A DNA stretch of 64,000 nt from an uncultured Candidatus Saccharibacteria bacterium (GTDB taxonomy: Bacteria; Patescibacteriota; Minisyncoccia; Phycocordibacterales; JACOZG01), in assembly GCA_964399075.1 (NCBI GenBank), contig CAYNPK010000001.1, forward strand, positions 160,961 through 224,960, read 5' to 3'. Shown here piece by piece: positions 49,091 to 57,626 of the stretch; the first letter of the stretch is position 1; each line of letters opens with the position of its first letter. A program made the position numbers and the translations under genes. The notes below the pieces were generated by a model. The model did not search any database and was not told the origin of the DNA. It saw nothing but the letters and a program-made list of their open reading frames with translations.

Positions 49091-49163
49091 TGTCGAGAGC
49101 CGGGCTCGAACCGGCGACCCTTCCCTCTTCAGGGGAATGCTCTACCAACTGAGCTATCTCGAC
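49091..49163 (-). tRNA. tRNA-Phe (GAA)
   Basis: Minus-strand GTCGAGA acceptor, anticodon loop CTGAAGA, GGTTCGAGCCC T-arm. Confidence 0.85.
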
Positions 49164-49189
49164 TTAATCATTATTCTAGAGAAAAAACC

Positions 49190-49429
49190 TTAAAAAGTAA
49201 ACCCACTAATGAGACCCTTAGATTCTTCAAGATTTTGGGTAAATTGCCCAATTAAGGGCTGGAGATAGTAATAAGCCCCAAGAGCGGCAGCGATAATCAC
49301 TATCCAACGCGCCAGAAACCAGGCGCGATGCAGGCGTTGATAACTAAGCAACTTGCGGAGTAGCCGATTATTTTCTTCCACCCGCTCGGCGATTTTGCGA
49401 ACTAAATTATTGTGTTCTTGTTCAAACAT
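49190..49429 (-). CDS. hypothetical small membrane protein
   Basis: 79-aa ORF with one TM helix. Confidence 0.3.
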   Translation of the reverse strand: MFEQEHNNLVRKIAERVEENNRLLRKLLSYQRLHRAWFLARWIVIIAAALGAYYYLQPLIGQFTQNLEESKGLISGFTF

Positions 49430-49521
49430 AATCTATCTAATGCTGCTGGGCTGAATCGAACAGCCATTTAGGGCTTAGGAGTCCCTCGTTCTATCCATTG
49501 AACTACAGCAGCCGAAGCTCT

Positions 49522-49773
49522 CTAGAGACCCAAGAGACTGGACAGCGAGGCCTTGTCGAAGCCAACAACAATTTCCTCATCGTCTTCTTCGTTCTTAACC
49601 ACAATCACCGGCACGCCCATCTGGCCAGACTTCTCAACCATTTCTTCCCGCCTGGTCGCATCCAGCCCCACGTTATATTCCGTGTACTTGATATTATTCT
49701 GTCCAAAAAAATCCTTCGCCATGTGACAATAATGACAAGAAGGGGTGGTATAAATTTCAACTTTTTTCGCCAT
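49522..49773 (-). CDS. glutaredoxin-family protein
   Basis: KVEIYTTPSCHYC CxxC motif, 83 aa, GVPVIVV pattern. Confidence 0.75.
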   Translation of the reverse strand: MAKKVEIYTTPSCHYCHMAKDFFGQNNIKYTEYNVGLDATRREEMVEKSGQMGVPVIVVKNEEDDEEIVVGFDKASLSSLLGL

Positions 49774-49788
49774 AATAGAACTATTGTA

Positions 49789-50067
49789 TCAGAGCCAAGC
49801 CAGTCGAGCAAGGTTGTCATTTTTAGCAATTTTATTAACTTTTTGGTGACCGCACAACTCACAGCGATGAACGAGGCTAATCCCACCGTCTCTGATTTCA
49901 TAACCGACCGGTGGCATCAAGCCACCACAAGTTGCCGCCCTATCGCCGGGATTAATATCTACGTGTTTGCTCCACAAACATTCTGGACAATGGTTGGTGT
50001 AGCCACTGCCCTCAACCTCCAGACCACAGTGATCACAAACAAAATCTTCTACTGTTTTAATAAACAT
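49789..50067 (-). CDS. RNHCP-domain zinc-ribbon protein
   Basis: FVCDHCG...YTNHCPECLW...CELCGH cysteine clusters with the eponymous NHCP motif. Confidence 0.55.
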   Translation of the reverse strand: MFIKTVEDFVCDHCGLEVEGSGYTNHCPECLWSKHVDINPGDRAATCGGLMPPVGYEIRDGGISLVHRCELCGHQKVNKIAKNDNLARLAWL

Positions 50068-50091
50068 CGTAATGTAAGTAATGACAGAGAA

Positions 50092-50652
50092 TCAAAGTCC
50101 TTGATTCTTTGAACTTTTAGCGCGGTGGATGAGTTCATCACGAAGTTGTTCGGCAACTTCACGAGAGAGTCCGGGTAATCTACCCTCGGCAGCTAACCCC
50201 AGCGCACCATGACGAGAATATTGCGCGCTAGCGCCGGCGGTTTGTACATGTAGATCAGAGAGGCCAAGAATCCGCGCCACCACTCCTCGATAGATATCTA
50301 CATTTTGGATTCTATCGTAAGGAATGGTTACATACTTTTTCCAAATTATTCCGAGCTCTTTCCTAAAGCCATCTTCTGTTAATTCATAACGGTAAAAATG
50401 ATAAGTTAACTTTGCGTATATAAACCCAATAATTAGGAAAACTGGAACAATAATCCATAACCAATCTAGGGACCCGAGAGAAAGAGAAAATTCACCATCT
50501 ACTTGGCTATTTTCACTAAGAAGACTGAAAATAATGACCGATAACCATGTACTCAAAAACACTAAAGCAATAAACCACCTCAAAAGAAAACTTATAAAAA
50601 ATAACCAAACGGCTTTTTGATCAAGTTGTTGTCTCATAAATTTAGATGACAA
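50092..50652 (-). CDS. membrane protein with bacterial PH domain (bPH_2/YdbT-like)
   Basis: Two TM helices then YRYELTEDGFRKELGIIWKKYVTIPYDRIQNVDIYRGVVARILGL. Confidence 0.6.
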   Translation of the reverse strand: MSSKFMRQQLDQKAVWLFFISFLLRWFIALVFLSTWLSVIIFSLLSENSQVDGEFSLSLGSLDWLWIIVPVFLIIGFIYAKLTYHFYRYELTEDGFRKELGIIWKKYVTIPYDRIQNVDIYRGVVARILGLSDLHVQTAGASAQYSRHGALGLAAEGRLPGLSREVAEQLRDELIHRAKSSKNQGL

Positions 50653-50928
50653 TAATAATTATTTAATCGAAAGATTGACCAGTTTAACTATAGCACACGA
50701 CATCTAAATAGAAAATTCTACTAAAACTCTATTTCTTCACTAAAATGTACAATTGTTTTACGAAATTAGAACCTGTTTTACCGACAATCTCGAATGATCT
50801 GTCACCCACCGAGCACGTGATAATAATATGCAATACTCTGACATACGCATTCGCGTCCGTGGTGACTCCAGATGTCGCCCACAAAGGACAAGGGAGGGGT
50901 TGTCGAAGGAGAGACTCCCTCCTGAAAA

Positions 50929-52248
50929 TTACGGTTCCAGTCTCTTTACTCCGCGATATAGATAGGTTACTTCACGCACATTGGTAACTCCCAAAAGCTT
51001 CATAAGCATGCGCGTTGGCCCTGGAGCGAAACCGCCATGCGGTGGACAGCCGTATTTGAAGAAGTTAAGATATGAATTAAAGCTAGACACATCAAGCCCT
51101 TGTTCTTGTATTTGTTTGGTCAGTTGTTCCATTCGATGCTCTCTCTGAGCACCACTGGTAATTTCCAAACCATTCCAAAGCAGGTCAAAACTCTTTGTAA
51201 TTGTCGGGTCATCTTCTTTACGCATACTGTAAAAAGCTCTCGCCTTAGTGGGAAATTCATGAATAAATACAAATTCAGAACCTGTTTCTTTTAGAATATG
51301 CTCACAGATAGCTCGTTCTTCTTCCGGACTCATATCACCATCTCGTTCATCAGATATGCCCATACGACCAGTTATTTCTTTCGCTTCAGCAACGGTTAAT
51401 CTAGGAAATGGGCTGGTGGGAATCTGAATTTTTCTGTGATACATCTTTTCGATTTCATCTCCATACTTTTCTTCCACCGCTTTTAGCATTGCCACAATCA
51501 TCTTTTCTTCTTCACCCATAAGATCGTGGTGCGAAGAAATGTATGACATTTCTATATCGTACATCGTAAACTCCGTATCGTGTCGTGAAGTAAAAGATGG
51601 GTTAGCCCGAAAGACAGGGCCGACTTCAAACACCTTTTCAAAACCGGACGCCATCGCCATTTGTTTATACAGCTGTGGACTCTGAGCGAGACGTGCTTCT
51701 CTGTCGAAATATTTCACTGCAAATAATTCTGCACCAGACTCAGTGGCAGTCGCTGTTAATTTTGGAGAATGTATCTCAATATAATCGTTCTCTATACAAT
51801 ATGAACGAAAAGATTGTTCCATCGTTGTCCATACTTTGAAAATTAAAGCTTTTTCTGGTTTACGTAAATCAAGCCATCTCCAATCAAGACGAATTGACTG
51901 ATCCGTTTCTTCTTGTTGTCCCTTTTCAACTATCGGTATTGGGAGATCAGGATCTGCGAGAGAAAGGATGATAATATTTTTTGCTTCAATTTCAAAACCC
52001 GACGATGCTTGTTTCTCCACTTTTGCTAACCCTCTGATTTCAATGACTGATTCGTGTGTCAATGTTTTAGAAATAGCAAACACATCTGGCTGATGTTTCG
52101 TTATGACAACTTGTACTATTCCGGTAATATCGCGTACTAAAATGAATTTAATATTCCCTTGATCGCGAATTATCTGCGCAAAACCAACAATAGTAATTAC
52201 TTCGCCAATATGTTTTTGAATATCGCGGATGTGTATTCTTGTTTTCAT
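50929..52248 (-). CDS. aspS: aspartyl-tRNA synthetase, archaeal/eukaryotic-type class IIb (native low-GC copy)
   Basis: N-terminal OB fold, motif 2 region FRANPSFTSRHDTEF, motif 3 GCPPHGGFAPGPTRMLM; preceded by a T-box leader. Confidence 0.8.
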   Translation of the reverse strand: MKTRIHIRDIQKHIGEVITIVGFAQIIRDQGNIKFILVRDITGIVQVVITKHQPDVFAISKTLTHESVIEIRGLAKVEKQASSGFEIEAKNIIILSLADPDLPIPIVEKGQQEETDQSIRLDWRWLDLRKPEKALIFKVWTTMEQSFRSYCIENDYIEIHSPKLTATATESGAELFAVKYFDREARLAQSPQLYKQMAMASGFEKVFEVGPVFRANPSFTSRHDTEFTMYDIEMSYISSHHDLMGEEEKMIVAMLKAVEEKYGDEIEKMYHRKIQIPTSPFPRLTVAEAKEITGRMGISDERDGDMSPEEERAICEHILKETGSEFVFIHEFPTKARAFYSMRKEDDPTITKSFDLLWNGLEITSGAQREHRMEQLTKQIQEQGLDVSSFNSYLNFFKYGCPPHGGFAPGPTRMLMKLLGVTNVREVTYLYRGVKRLEP

Positions 52249-52254
52249 AATATA

Positions 52255-52480
52255 AAAATTGCCCTTACAAAATAATAAATCAAGGTTGACGATTTTGTAA
52301 GGGCGATCTACGATCGCGGTACCACCTTACTTCATTGGATTTTTATCCAATCTCTTACCAACTTCCAGTGGTTTGAAGCTGTGACGGGCTTATCCCGGAA
52401 GATTCTACTCTCTCAAAAGTGAGATTTCTTTCCTCGGCTCGACCGTGTCAACGGTTTCATTGCCTTTAATTAAATAATAG
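52255..52480 (-). promoter_or_regulatory. T-box riboswitch leader upstream of aspS
   Basis: Minus strand carries AAGGTGGTACCGCG (T-box sequence) followed by a 12-bp terminator stem GCCCTTACAAAAT/ATTTTGTAAGGGC plus AAUUUUUAU, ending ~12 nt before the aspS ATG; GAGAGAG and a candidate GAU specifier upstream. Confidence 0.7.
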
Positions 52481-52607
52481 CAAAATCGTTAATATAACGC
52501 AAATCCTATACACACAAAGATGATTATGCTATAGTACTTCTGGAACTTCAAGATAGTCTTGAGGTATGTTCTTTTAAAATCCGATCCTGAAAGGAGGAAC
52601 AGCACGT

Positions 52608-52886
52608 ATGCGCACAGCAGAAGAAGTCATGATGCGCTGCAAGCTCATCCTCGATCAGTCGGACATCGTCCTTCTGGTCGATAAGAGTAGCAGCCCAACG
52701 GCGGCCTATGACATGGTTATAAACACAACTCACGACGACGAGACCGCGAAGGCGGCTCGCTGGCTCGGTGTATTGAAAAGGGATTACCCCGATCGGTACA
52801 CTGAAATCACCCACAGCACTCTCAGCCACGTTCAGAGGAACACGGCGAAGAAAGGAGAACGGAATGAAAACGACGTATGCAGTTGA
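52608..52886 (+). CDS. hypothetical small protein (92 aa), first gene of the GC-rich island operon
   Basis: Strong AAAGGAGG RBS; overlaps the start of the AsnRS-like gene; ~55% GC. Confidence 0.45.
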   Translation: MRTAEEVMMRCKLILDQSDIVLLVDKSSSPTAAYDMVINTTHDDETAKAARWLGVLKRDYPDRYTEITHSTLSHVQRNTAKKGERNENDVCS

Positions 52887-54186
52887 CCTACTCCACAGCC
52901 CTTCGGATGGAACGACGGTTGTGCTCTACGGCTGGGTGAAAGCCCGCCGTCGGCATAATCACGTCGTTTTTCTGGACATCACGGACTCCACCGGTTCGAT
53001 GCAGTGCGTGGTCGAAGTTGGCAACAAATCAGCTTTTGAACTCGCGCGGCGCATGAGCCAAGAGACGGCAGTTAAGATCACTGGTGTCATTGCAGATACT
53101 TGCAGAGCGAACCCATCGCGAGAAATCCGCGTTCACAACATCGAGATCGTCGGAGTGAGTACGATTAATGTCTCTCCGTATCCGCGGGGAAACATCGACA
53201 TCCAAGACCCAAGGTTGCAGGAGCAACTTTTGGACAAACGGCATTTTTATCTCCGCAACGAGAAACTTGCCGCCATCCTGAAGTTTCGTCACATCCTCAC
53301 GAGGATCGTGCATCAATGGTTCCATAAGAATGGGTTCATTGAGATCCACGCTCCGGTGCTGACACCGACGCCGCTATACGACGATCGTACTGCTATGGCA
53401 ATCAAGGTACACGAGCAAGATGTATACCTAACACAGTGCGTTGGGTTCTATCTCGAACAAGCAGTTCATGCTCTCGAGAAGATCTACAACATCGGTCCCA
53501 GCTTCCGCGCCGAAGAGAGCCGCTCCAAGAGACATCTCATGGAGTACTGGCACATCAAGGCAGAGTTGGCGTTCGTGGACTTTGAGGACATGGCTTTAGT
53601 AGTCGAGCGGTTCATCCATGATGTGAGCGAGCAGTGTATCCGCGAGGGTTGCGAGCTTGCGAATATCATCGGCACCGAGGTGTGCAGTGACGGCCTTAAA
53701 ACTCCGTTTCCGCGCATTGACTACGCCGAGGCGGTGGAGTGGCTCAGGACGCAGGGTTCCGATATCGAGTTTGGCAAAAGCATGGGTTCCGACGAGGAAA
53801 CTATGCTCTGCCAGCGGTTCGGCGACACTCCGTTTTGGATTGTCGGCATTCCACGATCCATCGAACCCTTTCCTTATGTGGTTGACGCAGCCGATACTCG
53901 TCGAACGAAGACGGCTGATTTGATCGCAAGTCGAGGGTTTGGTGAGCTTCTCGGTATTGCCGAGAAGATCCATTCTCTGTCAATGCTCGATGAACGACTG
54001 GCAGAGAAAGGTAAAGCCGGTGACTCCCGCTACGAATGGTTGCGGGACCTTCGTCAATATGGCTGTGTACCGCACGGAGGCTTTGGCATGGGTCTTGAAC
54101 GGTTGATCCGTTGGCTCTTGCAGATCCCTCATGTGCGAGACACCATTCCTTTCCACCGAGCGTTCGATAGAAGGATTGATCCATGA
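52864..54186 (+). CDS. asparaginyl-tRNA synthetase-like class IIb aaRS (island copy)
   Basis: N-terminal OB fold, motif 2 GPSFRAEESRSKRHLMEYWHIKAELAF (AsnRS-like EFW/EAE pattern), motif 3 GGFGMGLERL. Confidence 0.75.
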   Translation: MKTTYAVDLLHSPSDGTTVVLYGWVKARRRHNHVVFLDITDSTGSMQCVVEVGNKSAFELARRMSQETAVKITGVIADTCRANPSREIRVHNIEIVGVSTINVSPYPRGNIDIQDPRLQEQLLDKRHFYLRNEKLAAILKFRHILTRIVHQWFHKNGFIEIHAPVLTPTPLYDDRTAMAIKVHEQDVYLTQCVGFYLEQAVHALEKIYNIGPSFRAEESRSKRHLMEYWHIKAELAFVDFEDMALVVERFIHDVSEQCIREGCELANIIGTEVCSDGLKTPFPRIDYAEAVEWLRTQGSDIEFGKSMGSDEETMLCQRFGDTPFWIVGIPRSIEPFPYVVDAADTRRTKTADLIASRGFGELLGIAEKIHSLSMLDERLAEKGKAGDSRYEWLRDLRQYGCVPHGGFGMGLERLIRWLLQIPHVRDTIPFHRAFDRRIDP

Positions 54187-54238
54187 ATACCCCATATATC
54201 AAGCCAATCACGGCAAGGCACACTGAAAGGAGCCCATT

Positions 54239-55546
54239 ATGCAAAGGACACTGATCAAGCAGATCGGATCCGAGGTCGGCAAGACCGTTCGGATCTGCGG
54301 ATGGGTGGAAGTGCTCCGCGATCAAAAGCGGATGCAATTCCTCATCATCCGCGATCACACCGGTAGCACGCAAGTGCTTCACGAGAAGTCGGCAAACGCC
54401 GAACTGACGGTAGCTATCGCCGACCTCACGCCTGAAAGTGCAGTGGAAATCATCGGCAAGGTTATTGCCAATCCGGTGGTCAAGCTGGGCGGGCTGGAAG
54501 TAGTGGTCGAGTCGGTAAACATCGTCAGCAAAGCAGAAGCACTTCTGCCGTTTGGCGAGAACCCGACTATCGAAACCCGGCTGGACTGGAGATTTCTGGA
54601 TCTGCGTACCCCGCAGAACCTGCTCGTCTTCAAGATCCAGACGGCGGCCGAGCACGCCATGCGTTCGTTCTGGGCATCGGAGGGGTTCATTGAAATGCAC
54701 TCCCCGAAGTTCATGGGTAGCGCAAGCGAGTCCGGTGCGGAGCTCTTCGAGGTAAAGTACTTCGATCGCAAGGCGTATCTCGCTCAATCGCCACAGTTCT
54801 ACAAACAGATGGCGATGACGGCGGGGTTCGACCGTGTGTTCGAGATTGGGCCGGTCTTTCGGGCCAACCCGTCTTTTACTTCGCGGCACGACACGGAGTT
54901 CACCAGCGTGGACGTCGAAATCTCGTGGATTGACTCCCACGAGGACGTTATGCAACTTGAGGAACGTTGGCTTCGCCACGTGCTTCAAGCGGTGAAAGCC
55001 GAGTATGGCGAGGAGATCAAGGCGACGTTCGGCACGGAGATCGCGATTCCCGAGCTTCCGTTTCCGCGCGTGACTATGGAAGAGGCGTACAATATCCTCG
55101 ACCAAATGGGTCACCGCATTGAGCGGGGCGAGAAAGGCGACCTCGATCCGGAGGGCGAGAGGCTCTTGTGTCGGCACTTCCATGAAAAGACCGGCCACGA
55201 GTTCGTCTTCGTCACCGAGTACCCCGCTGTGGTCCGGGCGTTCTACCACATGCGTCCCGAAGGCAAACCCCGTCTTACCAAGAGCTTCGACCTTCTCTGG
55301 AAGGGACTTGAGGTGACGACGGGGGCGCAAAGGGAGCATCGCTACGAAATCCTGATGGAACAAGCTAAGGAGAAGGGGCTCTCACTTGAACCCATTCAGT
55401 ACTATCTGAACTTCTTCCGCTATGGCTGTCCACCTCACGGCGGTTATGGCTTCGGCCTCACCCGCATGCTCATGGTGATGCTGGGTGCAAAAAACGTGCG
55501 CGAGGTGACATACCTCTACCGAGGCGTCAACCGACTCACTCCGTAG
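54239..55546 (+). CDS. archaeal-type aspartyl-tRNA synthetase paralog (island copy)
   Basis: Same length and ~60% identity with the native aspS at 50929-52248, including the FRANPSFTSRHDTEF block, but ~57% GC. Confidence 0.8.
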   Translation: MQRTLIKQIGSEVGKTVRICGWVEVLRDQKRMQFLIIRDHTGSTQVLHEKSANAELTVAIADLTPESAVEIIGKVIANPVVKLGGLEVVVESVNIVSKAEALLPFGENPTIETRLDWRFLDLRTPQNLLVFKIQTAAEHAMRSFWASEGFIEMHSPKFMGSASESGAELFEVKYFDRKAYLAQSPQFYKQMAMTAGFDRVFEIGPVFRANPSFTSRHDTEFTSVDVEISWIDSHEDVMQLEERWLRHVLQAVKAEYGEEIKATFGTEIAIPELPFPRVTMEEAYNILDQMGHRIERGEKGDLDPEGERLLCRHFHEKTGHEFVFVTEYPAVVRAFYHMRPEGKPRLTKSFDLLWKGLEVTTGAQREHRYEILMEQAKEKGLSLEPIQYYLNFFRYGCPPHGGYGFGLTRMLMVMLGAKNVREVTYLYRGVNRLTP

Positions 55547-55570
55547 CAAGAAGGATCGGCAACTAACAAA

Positions 55571-55620
55571 CCCGGGAGGTTACGAGCATTTTGCTACGAG
55601 CTTCCCGGGTTTCTTTTTTC
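55571..55620 (+). terminator. rho-independent terminator
   Basis: CCCGGGAGG...CTTCCCGGG stem followed by TTTCTTTTTTC. Confidence 0.55.
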
Positions 55621-55647
55621 TCAACCAAACCGAAACGGAGGTAACAA

Positions 55648-56679
55648 GTGAATAGAAAGATAGACCGAGAAGCGTACCTTGCGTACGCACGAGCACTTAG
55701 CGAAAAGGAACATGGCTTAATCCGGGAGTTTCAAGGATGGCTACCGAATACAATAATCGACTGCCACGCGCACTGTAATCTGCCGGAACATGCTCATTCA
55801 ATTGATGATCGCACGTACAATCACATGCTCTCGACTTTCCCGAGCTTCAGCTTGGCAGAGTCAAAGGAATGGCACGCTTTGTTTCATCCGAACAAGACGA
55901 TACGTTCGTTGCGGTTCCCCAAGACGTTCCGAGGAATCAACCATCGAGCGGCAAATCTATACTTACTGGGACAAAGCGATGCAGATGATCGAGTTGCGCT
56001 CTACGGACTTCCCGATGATCCGGAATACACAATCGGAATGCTGGCTCATCCACGGGTATCGACGCTCAAGATGTACTACTCATACCTTGAGCCGTCGGCA
56101 ATGGAGATTTACCAGTACTTCCCGAAGGTGATTCTGGATGAAGCACAAAGGAGAGACATACCGATCATCCTGCATCCACCGAGACGAATAACGATGTGTC
56201 TTGATCAGATACTCACGTTGGCAAAAGACTTCCCCCGTTTGCGGATCTGTCTTGCCCATTTGAGCCTAACCAAGAGTGTCGTGTCTGGACTTGAGGAGGC
56301 GTTTACGGAAATTGCTCGGCTAACACGAGTACACTTCGACACGGCACTGGTGCCATCAGCAGAAGTGGTCACGATGGCCTTGCAAATTGTTGGGTCGGAT
56401 AGGATCATGTACGGCTCCGACGAGCCGCTCAACTTGATCCGCTCAACACCATATGTACACCCGGACAAGGGTGAGCGTTTAGCAACGGAGTATCCGTACC
56501 ATTGGGTTGATATGTCGGATTACCAAGCATACAAACACTTGGCAACCGGCATCACTCACGCTCATTGGCAGGCACTTCAAGCTGTGAAAACAGCCGTGTC
56601 CGCTCTTCCCGAACGGGAACAGGATATGGTGAAGCAAAAGCTCTTTCACGACAATGCAAAACTGTTCCATGGCTTCTGA
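55648..56679 (+). CDS. amidohydrolase-2 family (TIM-barrel metal-dependent hydrolase)
   Basis: IIDCHAHC N-terminal metal motif, MYGSDEP, C-terminal LFHDNAKLF, 343 aa. Confidence 0.65.
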   Translation: MNRKIDREAYLAYARALSEKEHGLIREFQGWLPNTIIDCHAHCNLPEHAHSIDDRTYNHMLSTFPSFSLAESKEWHALFHPNKTIRSLRFPKTFRGINHRAANLYLLGQSDADDRVALYGLPDDPEYTIGMLAHPRVSTLKMYYSYLEPSAMEIYQYFPKVILDEAQRRDIPIILHPPRRITMCLDQILTLAKDFPRLRICLAHLSLTKSVVSGLEEAFTEIARLTRVHFDTALVPSAEVVTMALQIVGSDRIMYGSDEPLNLIRSTPYVHPDKGERLATEYPYHWVDMSDYQAYKHLATGITHAHWQALQAVKTAVSALPEREQDMVKQKLFHDNAKLFHGF

Positions 56680-56702
56680 ACAAGAGCCACAGGAACATCA
56701 AA

Positions 56703-56743
56703 AGGCCTAATTGCGTTTTGGCAATTAGGCCTTTCTTTTTTAT
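56703..56743. terminator. rho-independent terminator closing the GC-rich island
   Basis: AGGCCTAATTGC-gttttg-GCAATTAGGCCT perfect 12-bp stem followed by TTCTTTTTTAT. Confidence 0.55.
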
Positions 56744-56798
56744 CGATTTGGTAATTTATTATTCGCGGATTTTTTTGGCGAGTTCAGCTGATTTTTAA

Positions 56799-57032
56799 TT
56801 ATCCTCTTGTTTGTGGTCGTGAAAAAATATACCCCCCATACTTTTCAAAGTGTTTTTCAAACTGCAATATCTGCGGTTCCCAATTGGACACTTTCATTCC
56901 ATGTATTGGTAATAATTTAACATAAGCGTGATTAATCCCAAAACCTTCGCAAATCATTCCGATCCTGCCAATATCTTGTAATTTAGAATCAAGTAATTTC
57001 CCCACATGCTTGATAAACTCAACAAGGTCCAT
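56799..57032 (-). pseudogene. possible HIT-like gene remnant (C-terminal half only)
   Basis: GFGINHAYVKLLPIHG resembles a degenerate HIT histidine-triad region; the N-terminal half is absent where tRNA-Gly lies; the track ORF start is inside the tRNA. Confidence 0.25.
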
Positions 57033-57056
57033 CAAAATATCTTCTTTCAAAATTGA

Positions 57057-57127
57057 TGCGGGATGCGGGAATCGAACCCGCGTTTTATGCTTGGGAAGCA
57101 TACATTCTACCACTGAATTAATCCCGC
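57057..57127 (-). tRNA. tRNA-Gly (CCC)
   Basis: Minus-strand GCGGGAT acceptor, anticodon loop TTCCCAA, GGGTTCGATTCCCGC T-arm. Confidence 0.85.
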
Positions 57128-57507
57128 TTTAATTTGAAAATCTCTAAAATTTTCTGCCACCAATTGTCATCAACAACCTCATCGGTAGAAATACTTACCA
57201 AGTCTGGAACAACAACAGTAATCACTTTTTCCCCTTCTTTAACAACGGAAAAATTATGCCGGATTGAAGCCTCAATCCCTCGATCAGTTCCTAATTTATC
57301 AAGCTCCGCCTGCAACACCTGTCGACGTTCTTCCAGATTAGCCACTCGACCCAAGAGAGCGCTCCTATCCCTTGCCACCAAATGATAACGCGCCCAACTG
57401 CCAAAGACCGAACGAGCCAGTAGAATAATCAGTAAAATAATCACCACGCTCCAAAAACCGTAGAAAAATTTACCCCTAAATTTAGGCCGATCTTGAAACT
57501 CTTTCAT
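57118..57507 (-). CDS. septum formation initiator (FtsB/DivIC-like)
   Basis: N-terminal TM then coiled coil (ALLGRVANLEERRQVLQAELDKL), 129 aa. Confidence 0.55.
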   Translation of the reverse strand: MKEFQDRPKFRGKFFYGFWSVVIILLIILLARSVFGSWARYHLVARDRSALLGRVANLEERRQVLQAELDKLGTDRGIEASIRHNFSVVKEGEKVITVVVPDLVSISTDEVVDDNWWQKILEIFKLKRD

Positions 57508-57626
57508 CGATAATATAGTATAACACCATGATCTTCAATAAACGACATCAGAAAAAAATTCGGATAATCTGGATGATTGGCAGTATTCTGGTCATTGCTG
57601 GAATGGTCTTGCTGTACATCCCAGCC

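Noticed and set aside
49498-50112. 204-aa plus-strand ORF
   Set aside because: Antisense to the glutaredoxin and RNHCP genes, which have clear family motifs; no independent signals.
53801-55363. 520-aa minus-strand ORF spanning the island aaRS genes
   Set aside because: It is antisense to two well-supported aaRS genes in high-GC DNA where long spurious ORFs are expected; low-complexity Arg/Leu-rich translation, no start signals.
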